Below are positions 1-11,500 of a DNA stretch of 64,000 bases, piece by piece (positions within the stretch are counted from its first letter, which is position 1; the number at the start of each line of letters is the position of its first letter). Under the pieces are notes generated by a model, which made no database searches, was not told the DNA's origin, and saw only the letters and a program-made list of their open reading frames with translations. This DNA is from Lytechinus pictus (Eukaryota), in assembly GCF_037042905.1 (NCBI RefSeq), contig NC_087263.1:14882001-14946000 (forward strand). Reading direction: 5' to 3'. The translations under genes and the position numbers were made by a program.

Positions 1-89
1 ACCCTCATCATCATGAACTCATTAAAGTATGTCATTATTTCAATAAAAAATAAACAATTCTTGATGAATTTCCAGATAATTAAACTCAC

Positions 90-296
90 CAATGGGTCAC
101 CTTCGACCTCTCCTTGACCTTGCTGACCCTGCGTTGACCCCTTGAGCCCAGAGTGCATGCTGTAGCCATCAAAGCCTACATCCTCCGGTCGTAACCTGAG
201 AAGCGAGGGCCAGTCCTGGGAGGAGCTTGCCATCCAGGGGTAACTGTCAATCACCCACTCCGCCGGGTCTTCCCACGATGCCTTGCGCCCGTAGAG
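90..296 (-). CDS. NAV2: NAV penultimate coding exon (LYGRKASWEDPAEWVIDSYPW...LRPEDVGFDGY...EGDPL)
   Basis: Acceptor AG at 297-298, donor GTGAGT at 89; 207 nt, phase 0 to 0; the last exon lies outside the window. Confidence 0.95.
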
Positions 297-1106
297 CTGT
301 CGAGAGATGAAAGGAAAATGTTAGGTGTTCAGATGGAATTGGGTGTCAGTGTTTTGTTGTGTCTGTGAAATTCAGTTTCATGACTTACGTATAATGATCC
401 ATTCATAGTCTGAAGCACATACTCAAGTTAACACTGCTATTATACCAAATTTCTGTTCTACTTGGCACTATCAATGATCTCAAAGTTAGTCAGCGGTGAC
501 AGTTTTCAGCAGACAAATGCTGATGAAGCATCCCACTTCCCATTTAAGACAATCTGCCTTCGAAGACCTTACCTGTAGTCCTTCCCTGACAGCCTCCAGG
601 AGATAGGGCACGATGGAGTAGTTCCACAGGTCGGTGAACCAGACCTGAGACCCGGCCAGGTCGATAGGACAAGACAGGAACAACCTCGGTCCGATGGTCA
701 CGTCCGAAGAGCTGTGGGTCTCCAGGAACTTGTTGAGGTGTAGCCAGACCTTGGGCATCCAGTCCACCATCTTGATCAGGTCGTTGTTGCGGGTGTTGTG
801 GCCGATCTCGTACTCCACCAGCTTCCTGCGGAGGTAGCGCCCCAGGAAACCTTTGACGGGCTCCATGTGGTTGGCACATAGCACCCATCTGGATGGAATC
901 AGGAAGAGGAAGAGACGAGTTAGAAAGAAATCCAAAAGTGATATCACATCATTGAATACATAAGATAAGGAAAGTAAATACGAGTCGGCAAGACATTTTG
1001 CTGGCACAGTTCGTAAAAATTATGCATAGTTTATTTCTAAGCGAATACATAGTCATTGTTGAATTGTCTCCAAACTTTGAAACAGAGCATTGTGGGTTTG
1101 AATACC

Positions 1107-1137
<31 letters not shown>

Positions 1138-2536
1138 AAGAAATTACCTGAAGTTGTGGTGGAGTTGTAGATTCGTTGAGGAGCAGGTCGCTTGGTTCAT
1201 GGTGCCGATGATGTAGGGGCACTTCTGGTACTTGATGAAGCCGCTGAAGATGTCCCCAAGGGCACCAGCGTGATGTAGGTTGTCTAGGATCACAACCTGG
1301 GGCATGTCATTACCACTGCATGGACCAAAAAAAAAAAATTTAATTTAATATTACCTCTTTCCTAAAACATTTTTTTCTTGGGTAACTATACGGTCTTGTC
1401 CAGTGAAGGATACAGGATATTGCTATGGTGTTGAAAGACTCCAAGGGTCCGTTTCATAAGAGTTATCAAAACATGTTTGCAATAATAGTTTTAAAGCTAC
1501 TGAAATCACTCAACTTGATTGGCTGATAAACTTGCATAAACTTGTCCACTTGATACAGACTTTGTGCATGTGTTATTATAACAATTGTCTTTATGAAATA
1601 GGCCCTGGATCTTTGGCAGTGTACGGCTCTAGTTGGATGGGGTAGTCCAAAAGGTCCTCCCCACTGTTGCCAATAGTTTCTCCATCCCTACTGTAGCCCC
1701 ATGGTTTCTGCACCAGGACTTTTGCATCATCCTGTTCAAGTCCTAAGGTGATTTGGACATGACCATGTGGCCCATTCCTCACTAGGACTTGGAGGGAGTG
1801 ACTTACTAGGTCCATAGGAGAGCTTGGGTGCCACAATAAATGTAAATGATATTTTCTCCCTGTTACAGATACTGGAGGCATTATAAATGAAACACCGTGT
1901 AGAGAATGCAACCAAGAAGTTGACTAATGATGACATTGAGAGACTGTTGACTCACCCTGTTTCACACTGCTCTGCTATCGATGATAAATATTGCTTGAGT
2001 TCCTTTCCGGATTTGTGATCAACGTTGAAGGTATTGATGGAGTCTGCTGTCACATCTTTCCCTAATCTGTAAGAGAGATATCATTTGGAAAGAAGAGAAT
2101 AATATTATAAATACAGAGATGTGAAGCAGAAATCTGGGTGGTGTAAAGGCCTGGTCCCACTGGCCGACGGACACAAAACGTATTCATAAGGGATACAGCG
2201 GACAACCAAAATTTCGGGGTGGTTCCAATCGTTTTCATCCACTCCAGACAATGAACAAAATGGGCAATGCTCAAGAGCGTATGGAACACGTATGCAAAGA
2301 GTACACAACGGATACATAACGTTTTCCAATGGATGGCAAGATTCTTTTCCGTTTTACATCCTCTCTGCATCCGTAAGTGCAGTGGGACGGGGCCTTAACA
2401 CAAAGCTAAGTGTTAAATTCATTTAAAGATTAAATCATCATCATCACCATCATCATCAACGCCACCTTCATCACCATCACCACTACTACCATCATCCTCC
2501 GCCTCATCATCATCCTCATCCTCCTCACCATCATAG

Positions 2537-2575
<39 letters not shown>

Positions 2576-5498
2576 CCATCATCAACAACGTCACTTCATC
2601 TTGTCAATGTTTCAAACTTATCTACAATGTTCAGGTGGGTTGTGTCTGATGCCCCTTACGTACCTGTGGACTATGTACTCTGCAAGTTTCTGTGCCAGGT
2701 ACGTCTTTCCCGTCCCGCTGGGTCCGCACATGATGATCCGTCTATGTTCCATGAGAAGGGATACATAGCGTTGCATGATGGGCTTCGGGATGAGGGTCTC
2801 GAACACCAAGGAATCGCAGCTGTTCTGTAAATGATCTGAGGATAAAAGGGAAAAGAAACAATGAAGATCATTCGATTCTACTATTTGCTCATAGTCATGC
2901 TAAATTCGATTTCACGCTTATCCTTTCAGCTATCACAGCAGTCATGGTCCGAGAATATGCAAAATATCTTAGATTTCTGTGGTCGCAAGAGAATTGAATA
3001 AAGGAGAGTCCCCTGTACACTTTTTATTGAACCGATAAACATTTTTTTTTACTATGTGTAGGAACAAATTACCCTAAGCTCCCATGTTTCTTCTTTTCCC
3101 AGCTGGCTGCTGGTGAAAAATGGCCCTTACCTTTCACGAATATCCTGATGGAAATGTTTTCTCCGACGAGATACCCGCAGGGTAGAAGTTCCGGTGATTC
3201 CGATTCCTTCGTCCTCATGATCTCACCCACTACGTAGCACATGATGCTTTCAGAACTTAGGCCTAGGTTGGTCACGGGATCTATTCTTAGCACATACTCC
3301 TGAAGACATCACAAAGAAAGATTTCAAAGAGTATATAATCAATCGTTTGACATGTCCAGTGTCCATTTTTCCAATTTCAAACATCAATTCCTCCACAAAG
3401 ATCATATGGACTGCACAGGAATATGCATGTATACAGAGTTGCCAACCTAACAAGAACATTTCAGTAATTTAAAAGCTGAAAATCAGTATTTTGGTGAGGA
3501 AATCAGTTATGTCAAATAAATAGCAAAGGGCAACATATGAAACTGAAACTTACAAAATCAGTATTTTACAATGAAACCATTAGTATTACTCTCATTTCAA
3601 TACTAAATACTAATCAGTACAAGTTGGCAGGTCTGCGTATAGGACTACACTCAAAATTGTTTGCCAAGCATATTTAGCTGCACCCGTTATATTTTTAATA
3701 CGATGGCACTACAAGAGCTAACCTATAAAGTGGATAATTTTTTCTTCATGATATATTTCCAAAATACAAAAGATTTTTATTTTTTTATTTTTACCACAAC
3801 CGTGATCTTTAAAATCGGGTTCAAGATTGCTCCACAGGAGCGACGGACTTACCTTGAATATTCTCCTAACCACACTATCTAACGTGTCCCAATTCGTCTT
3901 GCTACTGATGCCTATCGTACCTATCAGAACTTCTTGAAGAGGTGTGGAGACCGTCTGTATAGCAATGACAAAAACAAGATAAGACAGTGAAGATTTTCCC
4001 CTTCAGCAACATCTCGTTTAAACAGATCTTAATTATAATCACAAAGGCCACATACAATACATTCTGCACACAACCGATCCTATATTTATGTTTACTCAAC
4101 AAAACAATGAAAAAAAAAATGCATATGTCAATGGTTCATAAGCACTTTGTCCAGTTACATCCCTCTCCTTGTAATACAGTCTACATGTACATAAAAATAC
4201 CAAATTAAACACCTTTTATCATGAAAAATACTTCTCAATCTCATCTCTCTCGCTTTGCATTTTCATCTCTATCATTTCACCATCCAACAGTCCTTCTCAG
4301 CACTAACCACACAGTAAACCGTAAATCTCTACCACCTTATCGGTACCACCAATACAAAGCTTCAAAGGTCATCGGAATAAAGTCATTCTAATTTCAATTT
4401 TTACTTGAATGAACTTTGAACTTTTTCTCACATTTCATCTCTAACACTTCATCATCCAACAGTCCTTTCAGCACTAAACACACAATGAACCGTAAATCTC
4501 TCCCACCATTACAAAGCTTCAAAGGTCACCAGACTAGAGTCATTCTTAGTTTAATTTTTACTTGAATGAACTTTGAACTTACTGTAGGCTGGGTCAACGG
4601 ATCTTGAAGGCCTCCAAGTGCTACCGTGACGACGATACGTTTGCTGTTGCTCGTCATGCCGGAGTTATCGTCTAATAAGATATCAAGACTGCCATGGTCT
4701 GAATGGGTACTTAATCTGTGACGATCTGAAATGAAAAAAAACAAAAAAAATTATTAAATTTCATAAGAAAATTACATTAGGCAAATTGTCAAAAGTGTAT
4801 GCCACATCTTTTAGCTACATGTACAATGCGTCTTTTGATTGCAGCTTTCCTGCAGTCACTATTGTTTAGTCTAGTGATGGTGATTAGTTGTAATGAAAAG
4901 ATGCTTGTGGGATTCCTGCGGGAATAATGAAGTCCTTCCAATTAAAGCTGAAAAGCCTTCAATTATGAATACATGTACATGGGCCCGTATCTGCTTATTC
5001 ATGGGGGCTATTCTTAGCTAGTTTTCATGTACAATGTAAGATTGCTTATGCAAGAACTTAAAATAGTTCTTAATCAATATGAAATGGTAACAGCAATTCA
5101 TGATATTGATGATAATTTGAGAGACTTTCTCTTAAAGAAATTGCTTTCGGTGATTAATGAAATTTAGATTTATCCCACCAAGCCCTACGACTAATCTAAT
5201 TTGGGCAGGGATCAATGGTAAGTGTGTCTTGTAGTGAATTCATATCATATTTGAAAGGTTACGATACTGATGAAGGAGTTTCTTACCGAGAGAATCTCTA
5301 CTGAGTCTCTTTGATGAACCTAGTGAATTCAAGGAAGCTTGAGAAGAGTTGGCTTCTAATGATCTTCTGGATGAGACCTGCCTCTGTAATCTCTCGTTCT
5401 CTTGTTTTAATACACTCATCTCGTTCTGTGAGGATAGGAGAGAGAAAGAGAGATGATTGCAATTATCATGATTACCATTACAAACCACCACCACCACC

Positions 5499-5530
<32 letters not shown>

Positions 5531-8500
5531 CATCACCATCACCATCATCATCACCATCACCATCATCATCACCATCATCACGATCATCATCACGATCATC
5601 ATCACGATCATCATCACCAACATCATCACCAACATCATCACCATCATCATCAACATCATCATCATCATCACCACCATCACCATCTTCATCACCATTATCA
5701 CCATCACCACCACCATCATCATCATCATCATCATCACCACCACCACCACCACCATCATCATTGCCACCATCACCACCATTATCACTACCCTCACCACCAT
5801 CATAACTACTACAATAACCACCACCATTATCACTACCCTCACCACCATCATAACTACTACCATAACCACCACCCCCAACACCAACATAACCCACATCTTC
5901 GACATCGTCAACTATTCTCCTCTACCACTGCCACTATCTACACCACTACCACAACTGCCACCAAAAAAAAAGTATACACCGTCATACCTTCATTTTGTTC
6001 ATAGCTTCTTTCAGCTGATCGAGTTGATGCTGTGAACTCAAGGCCTCTAACTTGACATCGGTTAACTTACTCTCCCTATCCCTCAGTTGCTTCTTGAGAT
6101 CGGTGATCATTTCTTTACTCTCCGGCGAGTCATAGATCCTATAAGGAAATACAGACAAGAAAATGTAACAATCTAAAACAAAAATCAGTTCCTCCTTAAG
6201 ATCGGTGATCATTTCTTTACTCTCCGGCGAGTCATAGATCCTATAAGGGAACACAGACAAGAAACTGTAACAATCTAAAACAAAAACTAGTTCCTTTTAA
6301 AGATTGGTGATCATTTCTTTACTCTTGAGCAATATATCCTAAGCATAAAGCAATATAGACAAGAAACTATAACAATCTAAAACAAAAATCAGTCACTCCT
6401 TAAGATTGATGATCATTTCTTTACCCTCAGGTGAGTCAGAGATCTTACAAGGAAATACAGACGAGAAATCATAACAATCTATAACCAACCTCAATAAATA
6501 AATGCTGGATTTTGAATTTCTTATACAAGACAAGAAATTATTGAAAAGCCTAAAAAAAATGAATAAGACTTCATCATGGGATTGTTCCCATATATTGAGA
6601 CATAGCCGTCATATGCCAGAAATACATCATTATTATTATACTCCAAACTTACGCTGAGGTGGATGCGGACGTTTTAAGCTGCCCATTGCTCGGGATACTC
6701 CCGTTCGATAATGATACGTTACTCTCCATATCTTCCGTGTCCGTTATCGTACCGCTCATCTTCTTCTTACGAGTGAACGCTGCTCGGAATGAACTTCGGA
6801 TCTGAAAAACAAAGGATGTGTTCACACAATGAATCTTAGGTTCACACAACAAGCCTGATTAGGGAACTTAGGCATATAAAAACTAGTGTTTTTACCCCAA
6901 AAAAAGCTTGATACCATAATTTAGATTGAAACAGGTACATTGTAAAAGGATAAAGTTTTTTTTAACTTAGTATTTTCAAACAGTTATGAATAAAAGTTTG
7001 TTGTAATTTTTCTTGTAAAACAGATTATTCAGAGCCGGAGAAAGACCTTCCAAAGTAGTCAGAAATAATGCAATGGGAAATAAATAAGGCAAAATAAATT
7101 AAAATATAATGTGCATTTTGTGTAAATTTTGTTTTTTTAATGTAATATTTTGTTTTAAAGGGGGGAAAACAAGTAAAAAATTGAATCAGTGCTGTACAGT
7201 TCTGGTGTCCCCTTTTAAACTATCATTTACTGAAAATACACCATCTGCTCAAAGCTCAACAAGCTTGAAAAATGTTGTCAAACATTTTTTGAATTCAGAA
7301 AAATATACTTTAAAAAATCATGAAAAATAGCATAGTGCTGTAATAGAATGCCACACGAAAACACACACACGCACACACAATGAATCAGTATATTATACAG
7401 AAGAGAAAAACACATTCAAACTATATGTATTGTCAAATGCAGGCGGCAGAGCAAGGACATATAATGCCCCCTTTCCCAACAACTACAAATCAAAGCCTCC
7501 TCCCCATGAAAGTAACACATGTTTATAAAAGTGTATAAAAGAATTAGATATTACTTAAATTCTACATGTGCTTCATATCTTCGAAATGTCACAAAATCAT
7601 AAACTCAATATATTACTCTCTAAATGGAAAATATATATGTATTTGAAATAAGAAATATTGATAAACAGGCAGTTTAAACTCTAGTAGACCTATTAAAAGA
7701 CAAGTGGAATGCCTCTGGCCGTCTCACCTGCATCACGCGATTCAATATAGCAGCAGTGCTGATTTTGAAAACTACTATAACTCGCACAAGATGTTCAGTG
7801 ATACTTGGTTACTCTTATTTCCACGTTTTATGAACTAGACCAATACACTTATAGAGATATGATGGCAATTCAACAAATACCCCCAACGTGGCCAAAGTTC
7901 TTTGACCTTACATGACCTTTGACCTTGATCATGTGACCTGAAACTCGCACAGGATGTTCAGTGATACTTGATTACTATTATGTCAAGTTTTATGAACTAG
8001 ACCAACACACTTTCAAATTTATGGCTGTAATTCAACAAATACCCCAATTTGGCCAAAGTTCATTGACCCTAAATGACCTTTGACCTTGATCATGTGACCT
8101 GAAACTTGCACAGGATGTTCAGTAATACTTGATTACTATTATGTCCAAGTTTCATGAATCAGATCCATAAACTTTCAAAGTTATGATGGTAATTCAACAG
8201 ATACCCCCAATTCGGCCAAAGTTCATTGACCCTAAATGACCTTTGACCTTGGTCATGTGATGTGAAACTCATGCAGGATGTTCAGTGATACTTGATTAAC
8301 CTTATGTATAAGTTTCATGAACTAGGTCCATATATTTTCTAAGTTATGATGACATTTCAAAAACTTAACCTTAGGTTAAGATTTTGATGTTGATTCCCCC
8401 AACATGGTCTAAGTTCATTGACCCTAAATGACCTTTGACCTTGGTCATGTGACATGAAACTCAGGCAGGATGTTCAGTAATACTTGATTAACCTTATGGC

Positions 8501-11500
8501 CAAGTTTCATGAACTAGGTCCATATACTTTCTAAGTTATGCTGTCATTTCAAAAACTTAACCTCAGGTTAAGATTTGGTGTTGACGCCGCCGCCGCCGTC
8601 GGAAAAGCGGCGCCTATAGTCTCACTCTGCTATGCAGGTGAGACAAAAATGAATAAAGACTAATATAGAATGATTTTAGGTACTGTATATTTTTTTTTTT
8701 AAGTTGCATGAAAGACACACATCTTCTGAATAAAGTAAGAAAACAACTGTGAAAAACTGAAAATGCTAATTCCTCGGTTTATATGGAGGAGAATTTCATT
8801 ATCCATGAATATACTGTACAATAATATTCTAAAAGCAATCAATTATAGAAACAAGTGGAATGCCTCTGGCAGTCTCACCTGCATCACGCGATTCAATATA
8901 GCAGCAGTGCTGATTTTGAAAACTACTATAACTCGCACAAGATGTTCAGTGATACTTGGTTACTCGTATTTCCACGTTTTATGAACTAGACCAATACACT
9001 TATAGAGATATGATGGCAATTCAACAAATACCCCCAACGTGGCCAAAGTTCTTTGACCTTACATGACATTTGACCTTGATCATGTGACCTGAAACTCGCA
9101 CAGGATGTTCAGTGATACTTGATTACTCTTATGTCCAAGTTTTATGAACTAGACCAACACACTTTCAAATTTATGGCTGTAATTCAACAAATACCCCAAT
9201 TTGGCCAAAGTTCATTGACCCTAAATGACCTTTGACCTTGATCATGTGACCTGAAACTTGCACAGGATGTTCAGTAATACTTGATTACTATTATGTCCAA
9301 GTTTCATGAATCAGATCCATAAACTTTCAAAGTTATGATGGTAATTCAACAGATACCCCCAATTCGGCCAAAGTTCATTGACCCTAAATGACCTTTGATC
9401 TTGGTCATGTGACGTGAAACTCATGCAGGATGTTCAGTGATACTTGATTAACCTTATGTATAAGTTTCATGAACTAGGTCCATATATTTTCTAAGTTATG
9501 ATGACATTTCAAAAACTTAACCTTAGGTTAAGATTTTGATGTTGATTCCCCCAACATGGTCTAAGTTCATTGACCCTAAATGACCTTTGACCTTGGTCAT
9601 GTGACATGAAACTCAAACAGGATGTTCAGTAATACTTGATTAACCTTATGGCCAAGTTTCATGAACTAGGTCCATATACTTTCTAAGTTATGCTGTCATT
9701 TCAAAAACTTAACCTCAGGTTAAGATTTGGTGTTGACGCCGCCGCCGCCGCCGCCGTCGCCGCCGCCGCCGCCGTCGCCGTCGGAAAAGCGGCGCCTATA
9801 GTCTCACTCTGCTATGCAGGTGAGACAAAAATGGAACAGGGATCTAAAGATTTACGATCAACAGTACTAATTTAATCCCATGTTTCATTTTGTAGAGCTC
9901 AATGTAGCAAATTAAAATCCATGTCATTAACAATAAATGGCTGAAAATGTTTTTAGGATACAATATATGTGGTGCAAGCTAGTATATACGTGTATCTATT
10001 TCAAATGAACTAAAAAGAAATTATTAAAAAGATGTCAAGGTGAAAGAGCGTGCTTGCATAAAGGCAGAGCTCTGCTATACGATATGTTTGTCTTCTTTCT
10101 ACATGTAGAAATAAACAAAATATTTAAAAAAAAACTGCAAAAATGTGAGATATACAAACTAAAGCCTAAAATGCAACTAGGAAAAGATTAATAAAATCAA
10201 CTACAAAACTGATTAAGAATTAGAAAGAAAACAAACGTGCACATTGGAATAAACAATGCTGAACTAAGAATACCATTACAAAAAAAAAGAAAGAAAAAAA
10301 AAATACCATAACAAATTCACTCATTAACTTTAAATTACCTTTTCACCAGATGAGGATGTCTTTAAATGGACAAACAAGAAATTAAATAAATTCAGATTAG
10401 TTCTTTAATTTAATAATTACAATAATCTTATTTTTAGTCATTAAAAAGGAAATCAAATAAATTCAGATTAGTTCCCAAATTTAGTAATTACAACGAAATT
10501 ATTCTTAATAAGTATACTTTACATGTACTCGTTTATATTTCTGAATTTCAAGGATTAATGGTATAATCAGTGAGCTTACTTGCATCACATTGCTTTGAAT
10601 ATTCATGGAAAATTAAAACTTTATTTGAGTATTTCGCTTCATTTCCTTCATCAAATCTTGAAGACGTAAGATTTTCCAAGTTGACCTACAGTTATATTAA
10701 GAATTCAAGATGACATTTAAAAAAAGTTTTCACCAAATCTCTATACCATTAGTAAGATTAACTTAATTGAATCTTGTCATTTATCTCTTATTTTGACAGT
10801 AGGTATCATCTTTAAAAGGAATTCTGCAGGTAGCTTTTTCTATGAATCTTCACATTTCATTGGAGTCAAAATAAAGGGCAATGCAGGAGAGCTATATTGA
10901 AGACGCATAGTACCCTCATAGCGGGATTGGTTCATTTTCAATTGGTCTATTGCCAATTCGTCCAATTACCGACTCGTCTACTATCATTTTGGTCTACCAT
11001 CAGTTTGTCCACTATCCATGGCCTAATTACCATTTCATCCACTCATCTTTTTGTCCAATAACCAGTTGGTCCAATGGCCATTTAGTCCATATACCATTTT
11101 GTCTAATAACCAGTTGGTCCAATAGCCATTTAGTCCATATACCATTTTGTCTAATTGGACTAAGTGTTAATTGGGCGAAATGAATGAAAATAAAATGGAT
11201 ATTAGACCAACTGGTTATGAGGCGAAATGGTCATAGACAAACTGGTGATTAGACGAAGTGATGATTGGATCAAATGGTTGTTTGACGAAATGTTGATGGA
11301 CGAAAAGGCATTAGACTAAATGAAGGTAGTCCACGTGGTGAGTGGACAAGTTGACAATAGACGAGTTGGCAATTTAACGTGGGATTCCTGCCAAAAGGCA
11401 TGCCACAGACTTTTGACAAGATGACTACACGTCCTTATAAAATCAGGCTGTAGGCTATTTCTCTTTGGGCAAAAAATGTGGAAGACCGTTGCGGAGAAAC

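Noticed and set aside
1..87. Possible NAV terminal exon (ATG ATG ATG AGG on the minus strand)
   Set aside because: No suitable acceptor and it does not continue into the expected C-terminal sequence; treated as intron
5240..6004. Long poly-His, poly-Met/Val and Asp/Gly-rich ORFs
   Set aside because: Reading-frame artefacts of the CAT/CAC microsatellite; only 5287-5425 and 5988-6138 are real exons
7790..8520. Regularly spaced repeats resembling a CRISPR array
   Set aside because: Whole units are homologous with no unique spacers, the context is eukaryotic and there are no cas genes; these are internal tandem repeats of a Helentron-type element
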